The notes under the pieces are model-generated. The model ran no database searches, had not been told where the DNA came from, and saw nothing but the letters and a program-made list of their open reading frames with translations. DNA of 64,000 bases from Camelus ferus. Taxonomy: Eukaryota. Made by a program: the position numbers and the translations under genes. This document shows positions 12,601 through 26,929 of this stretch, one piece after another. The stretch is taken from NCBI RefSeq assembly GCF_009834535.1, contig NC_045696.1, positions 88,228,001 to 88,292,000 of the forward strand. Reading direction: 5' to 3'. Numbering within the stretch: the first letter of the stretch is position 1; each line of letters opens with the position of its first letter.

Positions 12601-13406
12601 TAACAGAAATAAAGGGAAAAAAAAGAAGAAGAAAATAATGCTCAGAAGTCAGGTCTTTGGGGCCAGAATACTTTATAAATCTTTCAAAATAGGTGAAAGA
12701 CTGTAAGTAAATATACCCTGTTGTGGGGTGTTAACACACAGCAAATTTGCCAGACTGTAATTAATGCAGAAATGACAATTTTTAATGAAGTAACTACCCA
12801 CAAATAAGGAAAAGGGGCTGATGGGTTGCAAAATTAAATTAGAAAGTATAACAGAAGATGAAAGCAAATGAGATTTCATTTTGTATTTTAAATAACAATG
12901 TTTTGCATTTAAATGAAACTCTACCTTAAAATACAGCATATGTTAGAAGAAGAAAAGCAAGTTTTCTCCTATCTTCTAGAAGGGGGCAGATGCGCTCAGA
13001 TGGAGAACTATTTATTCTACTGCTCAAGACGTTCACTAAGTATTATAATGTATATTTCATTTTCTCACAGTCAAATGTCATATATGGATTCAATTAAATT
13101 ATAAATTTTAACATTATGTAAGAATTTTGTAAGAAACTGTAGGGTTTCGATTGAATGGCTGTCCTAAAAATTTTAGAAATTTCAAGTAAACTAAAGATTT
13201 TGTACAACAAGTGAATGGAAGAGAAAATGATATTTCTTACCCAGGAAGTCTGGACAATTGATAATAAGTTGATTTCAGGTACAAAATCACCAGATGCCAC
13301 TGAAGCTGTCCTACAGTAGAACTCCGCGCCCCCATCCTTAAAATGATGGAAAATACATTAAACATTTTTGGCCATAGTCTTCAGTCTCATAGAAAACATC
13401 AGTTTT

Positions 13407-13497
13407 GCTTTGTTTTGTTTTGTTTTTAAATGTAGATACTGGGGATTGAACCCAGGATCTCATGCATGCGCTCTATGAGCTACACCCTCCCCCCAAC
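13407..13497 (-). mobile_element. Vic-1-type SINE (internally deleted) with TSD AACATCAGTTTT
   Basis: actggggattgaacccaggatc...tacaccctccccc. TSD copies at 13395-13406 and 13498-13509. Confidence 0.85.
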
Positions 13498-13558
13498 AAC
13501 ATCAGTTTTATTAGGGTCACTTCTCCCTGTTACCACAAGCTCAGACTACCACCATCTA

Positions 13559-13563
<5 letters not shown>

Positions 13564-13596
<33 letters not shown>
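13564..13596. repeat. (CA)n microsatellite
   Basis: Uninterrupted AC run. Confidence 0.95.
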
Positions 13597-13600
<4 letters not shown>

Positions 13601-14140
13601 TGTAGCCCCTTTGTTGAGGTTCTAGAGACTGGACCACCATTCAACCTGTCCTCAGTGCCATCTTCACCACTCCACATTTTATCTAAAACAATGGGTAAAT
13701 CCTGCATACTTAACAAAGGTTGGAATAAGCATTTCAAAATTATAGTACATGAACTTACAGTCTAGCAATTCTGAATGCTGGGTCCAAATCTTGAATTCAT
13801 GACTTACCACTTCTGCTGCCTTGTGATCATCACTTGTTCCTCTGAGGCTCGGTTTCCTTCTCTGCAAAGCAGAAAGAATTACATTAACTTTGCATAGTTG
13901 CGAGATTAAAGATAATCTAAGTGAAGACCCCAGCACCAGTTACAGCCCCAGCTGCCCAGTCAGTTACACCTGTTAAGCTCTTGATGCTTTGGGAACTGGA
14001 TTCTCTCATTTTTGCTGTTTGCACAGTCTTCTTTTACTATTGAAAAAAAAAAGTTATAAATTTTTAAAAGGCCACTCTAGACTGGTCTGCCTTCTCTTTT
14101 CCAGGATTATTTTGCTGCTTGGTTTCATTTGGATTAGGTG

Positions 14141-14588
14141 GTATATTTGTTTGCTAGCGTGGCTTAAACAGAACTTCCTGTTTCCCCAGAACTCACAATT
14201 CTGGACGCTAGAAGTTCAAGATCAAGGTGTCGGTGGGGTTCGTTCCTTCCAAGGGCTGGGAGGAAGAATCTGCTTCTTGCCTCTCCCTAGCTTCTGGTGT
14301 TTTGCTAGCAATCTTTGGCATTCCTTGGACTGCAGAACCATCACCCCAATCTCTGCAATTATCTTCACATGGTGTTCTTCCTGTGCACATGTCTGTGTCC
14401 AATTTCCCCATTTTTATAAGGATACTAGTATTGGGTTAAAGCCCACTCTATTGCAGTATGATCTCATCTAACTAATTACATCTGCAAGGACATGTTTTCC
14501 AAATAAGGTCACATTGTTGGAGGTGGGGGATGGTTAGGACTTCAACATATGAATTGGGGCAAAAAGGGTGATCAATTCAACCCATAAT
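14141..14588 (-). mobile_element. MaLR solo LTR (MLT1B/C-like)
   Basis: ctcacaattctggacgctagaagttcaagatcaaggtgtc ... ctcatctaactaattacatctgcaa ... caattcaacccataata. Confidence 0.85.
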
Positions 14589-16899
14589 AGGCGGTAAGAC
14601 TCTCACCATTTCCATGAGCCTTCTGGACTTCAAACTCCAAAGGAAACAAGAAGGACCTAATTATAACTGATTGTCAGCCTTTTTATATTACAAGCCATCT
14701 GCCCTGGAGCATGAAATGTGTAACTTTATGTGTATAAGAGAAAGGCTCTTATCTTCCCACAGAACAGTGAATCTTTACAGGATTTTATCTAAATTATTTT
14801 TTAAAATAGAAACCCCACCATCAATGTCTTAAATGTATTATTTACTTTCATCTATTACATTATTTCATCTATTAATCATTCAGCTTAAAATCATTTAATT
14901 GATCAGACGAGATTTCAGAAACCCTGCGACAGGGAATTTTTAAAATGGCACCACTTGACCAAAAGCCTAAGGATGGGTTTCAACTAACTACATAAACATT
15001 TTTATGTTGCTCAAAGCAACGGAGCCAAACTCTGAGGCCTGGGAGCATTTTTGCTGTGACAAAATTTTCTTTGGACAGATTTTTTTATTGTGGTTTTCTG
15101 TTTCTGTAATTTGATAGTGAACTGTAGGTGGAATTTTTTTTTAATGGTGGAGACCAAGATGCACAAAACTTCACCATAAAAATAAAATCTCCCTCTGTAC
15201 CTCCAGCCACTCACTTCCCATCCCTGGAGGCTGCCAGGGTTGTTGGTCTCCACAATCAAAAACAAAGACACATGTAAACTCACACCAAATAGCAGGACTG
15301 TCCAGCTCCTGCCCTTTTCTTTTCTCTTTACCTTGTGTCTTGAAGATCCTGCCCTATTAGTAGCTGTTTCATTCGTTGTAACTGCTGCACTCACTGTGTT
15401 CCAGAGTCACAATTCCTCTTTAGGAGGAATATTATCTCTATAAGCAATGCACTGTTTTCACAATACTATTATGTGCACCCTGCCCACCCCCACCTCTGCT
15501 GAGGATCAAGAAGGCAGGTTTCTGCCTAAAACACAATATCAAATCGAAAGAAGGACTTAATCAAGGCTTTCAATGGTGCCATTGTACTGGAGAAATTCTG
15601 TTTGGTGACTAGCGTTTAAAAAACTAAAAATCAGGTTCAGGAATTGTTCCTTCCCTTCCCAGCTTGCCTCACTAGTTCCCTTACTAATAAAATTAACTAG
15701 TGAGAGAATCACTAATTCTATAGCTAGATTGCTAATAGCCATAGTGACCCCCTCCTAGGGCTGGAAGGTGATTAATTTGAAACTTCCCAATATAGAGCAT
15801 TTAGGTGGTTTGCAGCTTGAAATGTTACAACAATGATGGAATGAACATACCCGAGAACTTTTTTTTGGCACAGATTGCCAATTCCCGCCCCCAACGCAAC
15901 CCCAGAAATAATTCAAACGTGTTAACATTTGGGAGTGTGGGCTTTGAGAATCTAATGGAAATTTCACCTCTCCTCAGAAAAAAAGACAAATAGACACAAA
16001 GATCTTTATACAATTTTAGGGAACCTCTCCTCAAAAAAGGGATTCCAGATTAAGAACCCAGTAACAATCATGCTCCTACCAACAATGTAAATACCTCTTT
16101 GCTCACACCTTCACTTTCCTTTTCAAACTTTTTACTGACTTGATGATAAAAAGGTATACCTCTCTTAATCTATGTTTTTTTGATTGCTTAATATGAACAA
16201 TTTTTTAAAAAAGTTAATTGGTCATGTATGTTTTTTGCACATTGCTTATTCGAGTCTATTATATAATTAAGATTTTAAATATTAAATTAAAATTTTTAAC
16301 TCAACACTATAAAAGCAAGTGATAAATTGGAAGTATTCAATCCCTAGACATACCCCGGACTAGAATAATAGTCTTTTATGAGCATCAGATTCCACCATTG
16401 CATGTCTCATATTTTCCACTAGAGGGCAACATTAGCTCATCTAATATTCTCTGGCTTCTGCAGCACAGAGACTGCTCAATTTGTGTTCCCTAGGAAGTAT
16501 TTTTCTGAAAAATACTTGCAAGGAGTAAAGAGTTATAAATACTTCAGTATGTAAAAAACACATTATTATATTAAAATAACTATTTAAAATTGTTCTATGT
16601 AATTTGTTTCAACACAAAAAAACGTACAAATGGAATTTCCGTCATCATTACCATAATCAGTACTTCACACAAAATCTATCCCTTTATTAGCGTTCATTAT
16701 TACATAGATTTACTGAAACTAGCATTACTATAGATTTGTGTTTACAGTATGGTTCATAATTGAAACTTCATAAACCGCTTGTATAAATTGAGGAAAAGCA
16801 ATTGACTCCTGCAAAGCTTCTTGAAAGGCAACTAGATTAATTCATGATTCCAAATATTTTATCTTATTGGCTGATTGTGTACTAAATGATAAAGCATGA

Positions 16900-17375
16900 T
16901 TTTTTTCATTCAATAAATATTTGTTGATCACCTGTATTTGCAGAGCATTCTTCTGGGGCCTACAAATACAGTAATGAAGAAAATACAGATCCCTGACCTC
17001 AAGGAGATTACACAGTGGAGAGGTGGGGCAAGGAGCATATACCAACACATCTCATGTTATCTATACACATGAGAAGGTTACAGGTGCTGAGAGGAAGATA
17101 AGGCTGGGAAGGGAGACAGAACACACTGGGGCCACAGAGATACTATTTTAAATAGTGGCCATTGGAGACCACACACGCTTTAATGTCTGAGCAGAGAGCT
17201 TAAGGAGCTCAGAAGCCTGATCAGAGAGCATCACAGAGATAAAACATGATACAGGAGCCAGCAAGTGTAAACAGTTAATTCAAGGAATTTTGATAGAAAG
17301 GGGGACCCAGAAAGGAAGCAATAGCTAGAGAATGATATGAGGTCAAGAGAGGGTTTTCAAAAGATAGGAGAAATG
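16900..17375 (-). mobile_element. L2 LINE 3' fragment
   Basis: tcattcaataaatatttgttgatcacctg ... gatccctgacctcaaggag is the typical reverse L2 tail. Confidence 0.7.
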
Positions 17376-17379
17376 ATAG

Positions 17380-18600
17380 ATGGAAACCATAAACAAAAGA
17401 AAAAGACAATCCATGGAATGGGAGAAAATGTTTACAAATGACACAACCGACAAGGGACTGATTTCTAAAATATACAAACAGCTCATACAGCTTAATATCA
17501 AAAACCCCCAAACAACCCAATTAAAAAATGGGCAGAAGACTTAAATAGATATTTCTTCAAAGAAGACATATGGATGGCCAACAGGCACATGAAAAGATGC
17601 TCAGTATTGCTAATTATTAGAGAAATGTGAATCAAAACTACAATGAGGTGGGAAGGGATAAATTGTGAGTTCAAGATTTGCAGATACTAACTAATATATA
17701 CAAAATAGATAAACAAGTTCATACTGTATAGCACAAGGAACTATATTCAATATCTTGTAGTAACTTACAGTGAAAAAGAATGTAAAAAAGAATATATGTA
17801 TGTTCATTTATGACTGAAGCATTACTGTACACCAGAAATTGACACAACATTGTAAACCGATGATACTTCAATAAATATCTACATACAAAAAACAAAATAA
17901 AAATTTAAAAACTACAATGAGATATCACCTCACACCAGTCAGAATGGCCATCATTAAAAAGTCTATAAATAATAGATGCTGGAGAGGGTATGGAAAAAAG
18001 GGAACTCTCCTACACTATTGGTGGGAATGTAATTTGGTGCAGCCACTATGGACAACAGTATGAAGTTTCCTTAAAAAACTAAAAATAGAGTTACCTTATC
18101 CAGCAATTCCACTCCTGGGCATACATCTGGAGAAAACTGTAATTCAAAAAGACACATGCACCCCAATGTTCACAGCAGCACTATTTACAACAGCCAAGAC
18201 ATGGAAATAACCTAAATGTCCATCGACAGATGACTAGATAAAGATATGTCATATATATACACTGGAATACTACTCAGCCATAAAAAAGAATGAAATAATG
18301 CCATTTGCAGCAACATGGATGGACCTAGAGATTATCATATTGAGTGAAATAAGTCAGAAAGAGAAAGACAACTATCATATGATATCACTTATATGTGGAA
18401 TCTTTTAAAAAATGATACAAATTCTATTTACAAACCAAAAAATAAGCTCATGGACATAGAAAACAAACTATGATTACCAAAGGGGAAAGGGTGGGGAGGA
18501 GTAAATCAGGGGTTGGGGATTAACAGACACGCATTACTATACATAAAATACAGAAACGACAAGGGCCTATTGTATAGCACAGGGAACTATACTTAATTTC
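17380..18600 (+). mobile_element. L1 (ORF2 3' end + 3'UTR) containing a nested younger L1 3' fragment at 17648-17907
   Basis: Canonical L1 ORF2-end sequence (aaaaatgggcagaagac; cacaccagtcagaatggccatcatt; gcagcaacatggatggacctagag). The nested insert is flanked by the 14-bp TSD AAAACTACAATGAG (17634-17647, 17908-17921). Confidence 0.95.
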
Positions 18601-19181
18601 TCAGAGTAAAACCTAAACCTTTCTAAATGGTATTAGATTCCCGGCATACTTGCTGTCCTCTCTGATCAGGCAGTTTTGTCCTAGATCTCTATGTGACTCA
18701 CATTTTTACATCATTGTGTCCTTTAATCACACATCACCATCTCAGAGATGTCTTTCCTGAACACAGACTTAACCATGCAGTCTCCACTGTGTCCACCATC
18801 CCTTCATTTCCTTTGCTTTGCTGGGATGCCCTCGCCATTTCTGAAAGTCTGTGAGGTATTTCTTTACCTGATTCACTTCTCCTCCAGGAAGCAAACATCC
18901 GTTTTGTCACCTCTTCCCCCCAACACCAGGAAAACAGCACACAGAGAAACTGCCCAATCAAGCATATGCTGAGTGAAGGAACTAATGAGAATGAAGACAG
19001 AAAAGAAAGAATGAAGCGCCGGAGCTGGCAGGAACCACATGATAATATTTAAGACACCCTTATACTGAAAAAATGCTTGATGTTTATCTGAAATTGGAAT
19101 TTAACTGGATATCCTGTATTTCATTTGGCAACTCTACCCCTAGACATTTTCATTGTTGGCAACACACACCAAACCATAATA

Positions 19182-19512
19182 CAGTTGTCCCTTGGCATCT
19201 ATGGGGGGGACCCCTGCTGACACCAAAATCCACAGATGCTCAAGTTCATTATATAAAATAGTGCTAAATTTGCATATACTCTCCTGTATACTTTACACAT
19301 CCTCCCATATACTTTAAGTCATCTCTAGACTACTTATAATACCTAATACAACATAAATGCTATGTAAATAGTTGCTGGCTCACAGAAAATTCAAGTTTTG
19401 CTTTTTGGAACTTTCTGAAAATTTTTTCCCAATATTTTCAATCTGCTGTTGGTTGAATCAATGGATGTAGAACCTGAGGATGCAGAACCAACAGATACAG
19501 AGGGCCACTCAT
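19182..19512 (+). mobile_element. MER2 (TcMar-Tigger) non-autonomous DNA transposon
   Basis: ta|cagttgtcccttggcatc ... accaaaatccacagatgctcaagt ... cagatacagagggccact, with degenerate terminal inverted repeats. Confidence 0.85.
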
Positions 19513-19729
19513 ACATCCAATGTACACCCTTGCTTAATCAGGGGAGGTGGCATGCCATAGTGGATACAGCGGAATTGGGGTCAGTTGGGTAGCCCTGGGA
19601 TCACGTGGCTGTTGAGTGTTGGTTTTAGGAAACTTACTTTCTTGTATGCTATGAACATAATTCAATTATTTGTTCAGTAAATACTATGTGCTAAGCACTG
19701 AGTTAGCACATAAAAATTATTTCACAATG

Positions 19730-20450
19730 AGAGAAAAGGGAACCCTCACATACTATTGGTGGGAATGTAATTTCCACTGAGCAAAACAGTATGGAAGTTT
19801 CTCAAAAAACTAAAAATGGAAGTACCATATGACTTAATTCCACTCCTGGGTATATATTGGGGGGAAAAAACCACTAATTTGAAAAGATACATTCACCCCA
19901 ATGTTTATAGCAGCATTATTTATAATTGCCAAGATATGGAAGCAATCTAAGTGTCTATCAACAGATGAACAGATAAAGAAGATGTGGTATGTATTGTGGT
20001 ATGTATATACAATGGAATATTACTCGGCCATAAAAAAGAATAAAATCTTGCCATTTGTAGCAACATAGATGGACTTGGAGGACATTATGCTAAGTGAAAT
20101 AAATCAGACAGAGAAAGACAAATACTGTATGATATCACTCATGTGGATTCTAAAAAATACAACACACTAGTAAAGAATATAACAAAAAAGCAGAAGAATC
20201 ACAGATATAGAGAACAAATTAGTGGTTACCAATGGGGAGACAGAAGGGAGAGGGGCAACATAGGGGCATGGATTAACAGGTACAAGCTATTAGGCATAAA
20301 CTAACCTACAAGGATAGAGCATACAACATTGAAAATATAGCCAATATTTTATAATAACTATAAACGGAATTAACCTTCAAAAGTTGTGTATCATTATATT
20401 GTACACCTGTTATTTATATAATATTGTACGTCAACTATACTTCATTTTTT
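19730..20450 (+). mobile_element. L1 3' fragment (L1MA-like)
   Basis: gagaaaagggaaccctc...attggtgggaatgtaa; ccatttgtagcaacatagatggac; 3'UTR ending caactatacttca. Confidence 0.9.
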
Positions 20451-21529
20451 TAAAATTTCCACATCAACTACAAGAAAAAAAATTTACACAATGGAACAAA
20501 CTTTCCTACATCTCATTTCTTTATTGACAACATATTATGAATTGATTAACTTCCTCAAAATTTTATCCACTCCTTGTTGCCTCAAATTATGAAAGAAGTC
20601 TGTTCTTGAGTTTTTGCTGAAGGACAGATGATTCTATGGGGAGGAATTACTTACACGCAAAATGAGCCTTTCTGTCTAACTGTGCCTGAAGGAATTTCCT
20701 CCACCATCTTCATAGCTCCTTCACACTAACTGAAGATCACAGTCTCAAGAACTTGTATTGTTTCTATGTATTCTATTATCTTCATCCACAACATGTATTG
20801 TTAAAAAGGCATATTAAAAATATATCCATTTCCACTGCCATCCGGGCCAGCATCAGTGATTCCTCCCACCATGGGTTTTCAAAGGAGCATTTTTCTTTCT
20901 ATCTAAATCTCTTTTTTGAATCTGTTCAATTAGCAACATTTAGTTAATAAAATGGGTTACTTTGGGCCTACAAACCACCCACTCCACATCATGTGTCTTT
21001 CATGGGAAAATAGAAGGGTGTGGCATCTGAGTAGCACAAATTCATGAATAATCTCCTACAAGATTAATATAACTTGAAATTTCCCAATGGAGGTGTGTAC
21101 GTTCATTCTCATACTTGACAGTGAAGATCAGATTAGTCAAAATCACTTAAAAGGAGGGAGAAGGGATAGTTTCCTAAAAAAACAAGGAACGTTCCTCTCC
21201 AGTGCAGCACTGAGGAATAAACTAAAGTGAACAAAACAAAACTGCTTGGTCAGACTTTGATCACCCTATTGCTTTGACTCTTGGGGCAGGCATTAGGGAA
21301 GAAATGTACCCTCCTCGTGGGAAGTGGCTTCATGCTCTCATCTGGGGTGGCTACAGTTATCTGAGTGGTAGAAAGTTCATCTGAGAGGTCCTTGGGATCT
21401 GGGGTCCCTGGGCCCAATCTGCCCATCTGGCTGTTCCAACCAGGGATAAAGGACCCACTGAATATGAAAGGAGAGAGGAGAGTCAACCTGGAGGTGGACA
21501 ACAAGAGCATTGCAGAAGAACGAGATGCC

Positions 21530-21544
21530 AGAATATGAAAAGGA

Positions 21545-21586
<42 letters not shown>

Positions 21587-21660
21587 AACTGAACCACTGT
21601 GCTGTATACCAGAAATTAACACAATATTGAAAACCAACTATATTTCAATTAAAAAAAAAA
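21530..21660 (+). mobile_element. Short L1 3' end with expanded (TA)n(TG)n
   Basis: gaatatgaaaaggaatatata...(tg)n taactgaaccactgtgctgtataccagaaattaacacaa... followed by poly(A). Confidence 0.85.
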
Positions 21661-22593
21661 GAAGACAATGCCCATGCAGCCTTCTCCAGCTCATCTTCTC
21701 AAGGCTCATGTAGGAAACACCGAACCCCCTAGCCTCCCTTCTCACCACAGGGGGCTGCACTCCCCAAGGTCACAGAGCAGACCTCCTCATAGCAAAAAGC
21801 TCAAACACTGCAATCATACCATTATCAAGGTCTTGTCTACTACCCTAAATTTACTGTATAATTTCACAATTAAAAATTCTTGAAGCTCTGTAAATATTCG
21901 AGTTATGTAAATTACATGAATAGGCCCCAGGATTTGGAGCCCAGACTGGATGGCAGCCGTGTAAAGTCCACCATCCTGCACCTGGTTGTGCCCAGAAATC
22001 CCACTGCTGATTTACGTTCTGTAGTTGTTGACATTGCTTGTAGGCCCCCACCCCTATAAGAGAGAAAAACACAAATGTAATTCAACTGGTAAACACCATT
22101 ACATAAATAGCGTCTTTGGGTAACTCAGAAGCCTGAGTATATTAAACTCCCTCCCCCTCCCCTGCTCTTCTTCAAGATGGCAGCTCGCGAATGCTGGTGG
22201 GGACCCAGACACCTACTCACCATCCCTGCCTTCCATCTCCTGTTCCTGGTCAGGGGAGCCCCATCTGGCGTCTACTGGGCCAGAGGAACTGTCAGGTCTT
22301 TCTCAGCTGGGTCTGACGAGGTCTGACCTTCAACTTCCATTCTACCTCCAGCCCAGGGGGGCCACCCTACCTTGCTAGGTGTCCCTTTGCCCCTATCACT
22401 TCAACACCCTCCCATTAAGTTCACCACTGGGGCCTTCAGTAATCCAGACAGTTCTCTATAGCATTCATAGAAAATTCTAGAAAGGGATAGTCTGGAGAAC
22501 CAGGCCCTCACTCCATGACCTGTCCCTGTAGCTGCCCACACGGTAATGGGAAGAATCACTCTGTGACAGCTCCTTGTCTCAAGGAAAGATTGT

Positions 22594-22742
22594 GGGGAGG
22601 GTATAGCTCAAGTGGTAGAGTGCATACTTTAGCATGCACAAGGTCTTGGGTTCAATCCCCAGGACCTCATCTTAAAGTAAATAAAGAGATAAACCTAATT
22701 ACCTCCCTCCCCCCTGCAAAAATAAATAAATAAAATAAAAAA
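22594..22742 (+). mobile_element. Vic-1-type SINE
   Basis: GGGGAGGGTATAGCTCAAGTGGTAGAGTGCAT...GGGTTCAATCCCCAG (A and B boxes), then aaacctaattacctccc and an A-rich tail. Confidence 0.92.
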
Positions 22743-25304
22743 GAAGAAATGGGCCAAAAGCTAGTTTTCTTCCACCTCTGCCCTCACTCTACCTAAAATG
22801 TCTCCACACTCAGCACTTTGGGTCACACAGACACTTTGTCACCAGGTGCTCCCTCTGCCTCTGGTACATCCTTCCTAGCACGAGGATGGGCTCTCCTCTT
22901 TATCTTCTGTTCTGACCAGGATACACCTGGTAGAATATCAGCTTAAGGGTGAAAGACAAAACAAAATCCATCTGTTCAATATTTTACAAAATATGACTCC
23001 TTGACATCTATTTTCTCAGAAGCAGAATTTTTGAATTCAAGAGTTTCTTCACTAGCTTTTAGCTTCCTAACTTGCCAGTTCACCTTTGTTCCAAAGAGAA
23101 ATTTTCATTATCTCATTAAACAAAAAACCCACCTAACCAGTTCTCAAAGATTTGACGTCAAGTCCAAAGCAGCTATGAGAATATGGGAGAGAATGACTGC
23201 AGGAAAGTCATGTGTGAAGAAGCAAACACAGGATTCCATTTGCAGAGAAATATGACTCATGACATTCGGGGCAAATAAAAGTATTTTTGGAAAAACCAAG
23301 GCCAGCTTATTAACAAAGTAGACTTGTTTTATACGGTGATGAATGCACACCCATAATTACTAGTGATCTTAGTAAAATTAAGATTAATGATCAATACTAC
23401 ATGGTGAGGACACACCTGCCAGTTTCAAAAGATAAGCACCGCCCTATGAAACTTACCATCTACAACCAGTTTTCTCTAACTTTATTTTGAAAATTAACCT
23501 TCCCGTGTGATTGCCTAATGGAATGAAGCTTTAGTATGATTCAACATCATTTGATTTACTTTAAGAATTCAGTCCAAATACTGATGTAATTTTTGGCACA
23601 AAGAGTCATTTGCAAGGTCGTGGGGTATGGGAGGAAAGACTAACTTTCTCATTTCTTGTTATTTCAGATTGTATATGCTCTTTTCAATATTGATTAGTAC
23701 CCAGAGAAAAGCTGATCACTTCTAGAACCCCATTATTAAAGTCTGAACTAGATGCCAAGTGAAAAAAATTGCAGTGACTATTATAGGCATTATTTTTAAA
23801 AAGTCACTCCTAAGCAAGATGAATTTTATTCAATTAAATTGATGAAAAAGTCCATTACAGATTGTTTTTAGTAGGTTCTCTTCAATATTTACATAATATT
23901 TTCATTATCTTCCATGTATGACTTAGGTTCCCAATCAAAAGAATAAGTCTCTGCTTTAGTACAATTGTAGTTTTAAGGGAGGGGGGAGAGTTATGGAGAA
24001 ATGTTTAAAAATATAGCTATGAAAAAATGGGGGGAGGGAACAGGCATAAATAGGAGCAGTAATTTTCTGAGAATATCAGATCTACTTAAGCTCCTTAGTT
24101 AAACTTCCCTGAAACTTAACACAATTGCTAACCAGGATATAAAATGTCACTGAGAAAACAACAGTGCTTAAGGAGCTGGAACATCTTCAGTCATTGTTTT
24201 CATTTTTTAATTTCAAAATCCACTTTTTAATAACAGAAACACTAAGCACGCATATTTCTCTATAGACTCCTCCAGCTTTTGGTTGATTTGTGTATTAATA
24301 TACTTACTGTGAACAAACTTCTGCATATACTTATCCACCCCGTCATGCACATACACACACACACACACACACCAGATTATAAACTAGGGCAGAGATTGTT
24401 AATCCTAACTTTTTAATCTTTCATAATTCTTATTCCAGTTCTTGCAAACACTAAGTGCTTAGAAAATGTTTGTCTAGTTGAAGTTTGCTTTAATGGTTTA
24501 AATTTTTAGCTCATACTTCCTGGAGAGAAACATGGAGCTAATTGATGGTGAACTTGACAGAGGCAAAAGCTTAAAGGAGAGAGAGAATTTCTAAATAATC
24601 TATCTAGAAACCTCCATAATGTTATGGTATGCTGCATGGTATGCAGACTAAATTTTATTTTCCATCAGACCTATTGTTATTCCTAGGTTCAGCAGAAATT
24701 TTGCTGATAAGTCACTATAAATTTCCAGAGTTTTAGGTTGTCTATTCAAAACCTAAAGTTGTGTTGACAAAAGGTATATCAAAGAGACTGATTGCACGGG
24801 CTTCTGATTAAATTAGTACTGGATAAGCTTTACTGCTTTCCTTTTTAATATCTTACCACCAAAGGCTCAGTGCAGGAAGGTTGAATTTAATTGTGTTATA
24901 TCAGTTTTCAGAAAGTATGGCTGTCCTTCCAGATTCTACTCATTTCTCCCCTCTAGGCCAATTTTCTTTAATTAAAGAGATAAGTGTCTCCCCCCCTTTT
25001 TTTTCCTTTGCATCAAGAGGCTCAAAATTAAAGACCTAGAAAAGGCAGTATACACACATGGGATAAAGACAAATGGATGCATCTTCAGTGAAGCAGAGTA
25101 ACTAGAAAAAGAAGGAAGAAAGGATAAAAGGAGCAAAGAAATGAATGATACTTAAAGGAAAATGAAAAACAAAAATAGATGGAGAAGTAAGTTTTTGTAC
25201 ATTTAAAGATATTACCTGGACAGAGCCAGGACTCAGTCTCTTCTTGACCTGGTTACCCTGAAGCACCTACCACACTGCCTTGTGCTCTGTGCTTCTCAGA
25301 GTGT

Positions 25305-25685
25305 TAGTCATGCTTCTCAAAATTAAGCATGCATATCACACTACTATATATAAAATAGATAAACAACAAGGACTTAGTTTTTAGCACAGGGAACTGTATT
25401 CAATTTCTTGTAATGAGTTGTAATGGAAAAGAAATTAAAATTATATATATATATATATCTATCTCACTGAATCACTTTGCTGTACACCTGAAACTAACAT
25501 TGTAAATCGACTACACTTCAATAAAAAAAAATTTTAAAAAACTAAACATGCATAGAAACCACCTGGGGATCTGATGAAAGTGCAGATTCTAATCCAGTGT
25601 GTCTGGAGTAGATCCTGAGAGTCTGTCTTTCTCACAAACTTCCAAGTGATTCTGATGTCATCTGGGGACCACACTTGGAGTAGTA
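25305..25685. mobile_element. MER5-type hAT element interrupted by an L1 3' fragment (25336-25537)
   Basis: tgcttctcaaa...gcatgcata / catagaaaccacctggggatc...gcagattct...ggggaccacactt. The L1 insert is flanked by aaaattaagcatgcata (25319-25335) and aaaactaaacatgcata (25538-25554). Confidence 0.8.
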
Positions 25686-25742
25686 AGATGTTAGTTGACA
25701 CAGTTAAGCAAGAAACTGGTTTCCTTGTCTTACAATATAGAA

Positions 25743-25955
25743 TGGGGTTTCTCCATCCTGGCACTCTGGACATCTGGGGGTGGATGATTCTTTGTTGTGA
25801 GGGGCTGTCCTGTGTATTGTAGGGTGTACAGCAGCATCCCTGTCCTCTACCTAGTAGATGCCAATAGCAAGTCCCCCAATTATGACTATCAAAAATGTCT
25901 CCAGATATGGCTCGATGTCCCATGGGAGGCAAAAGCACCCCAGCTGAGACCACTG
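25743..25955 (-). mobile_element. MER20 (hAT-Charlie) with 8-bp TSD
   Basis: Full-length reverse match to the recalled MER20 consensus. Flanks ATATAGAA (25735-25742) and AAATAGAA (25956-25963). Confidence 0.9.
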
Positions 25956-26929
25956 AAATAGAAGACATGTTGAGGCTACAAGGGCACTGGATACAATGCA
26001 TGCATCTTTGTAAAAGTAGCCCCATCTCTCTCAGTTCTGTGCCAGCCCTGACCCTTACACAACCATGACCTTCCTTTAGAAACAGTGGCGGAAGCCTTCA
26101 TGCCAGTACCTCGGATGAAAACATTACAACACAGCCAACTGCAGCCTGGCCTCCCTCCAGAGAAACCTGCCATCCAAGAACCACCCACTCTGTTTGCTGC
26201 AGAGCTGGCAAGATCTGAGAATATTCTTAGCATCTAGAAGGAATAAATTTCTCTGTACCTATTCTTAGGGTTTAGATAAATGTTAAACTAGGAGAAATTT
26301 TTACTAATTTCAGCAATGTTAAATCACACACAGAAATGTACTTTCAATGTCACCTACACAATGTATCTCAGAGATTCATTCCTTCCTTGTAATTAAGGAA
26401 GCAAATAGCAAATATCTTTTAGAGTATTTCGGAAATATAAGGGAAGTTAGTTTGGCCTTCAGAGTGAATTTCAGTTTCTTCTTCATGTCAAAAAGGGTAA
26501 TACAGTAATTTCTTTTATCCTTTCAACATTGTCATTTTCTTTTTCTTCTCCACTTAACAGTCAAACTACTCAACTTCTGTTTCAAAGCATTTTTCTTTAT
26601 CTTCTTGATTTATTCTGTGTGGCTCAATTATATTTAATAAATTCAGTTGACTATTTATTGGGCTCTACTGAATTATATACCATGTGGGAGACAAGAATGA
26701 GAGAGTGTCTCTAATCTCAATGAAGCTATTTAGTTAAGGTAAAACTAACCCAACTAAAACAACCAGAGAAAGAAACAATCCGAAGACTCCTAACTCTTGA
26801 ACCACGCCCAGCATGCAGAAGGCTCCCAACTCATCCTTGTGGAGTGAGTAGACGAACTTCTAAGGCTCTGGTTTCCAAAGGTCCCCAAAGCCGCAGATGG
26901 AGACCCGCGAGGGCTTCTATTGGTCAGAG

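Noticed and set aside
13989..14471. 160-aa ORF (+)
   Set aside because: Mostly antisense MLT1 LTR sequence, with a non-ATG start.
22594..22670. tRNA-like sequence with A/B boxes
   Set aside because: It continues into the SINE body and A-rich tail and recurs as diverged copies, so it is a SINE rather than a tRNA gene.
25534..26025. Longest ORF in the track (163 aa, minus)
   Set aside because: Lies across MER20 and MER5 elements and has no recognisable protein features.
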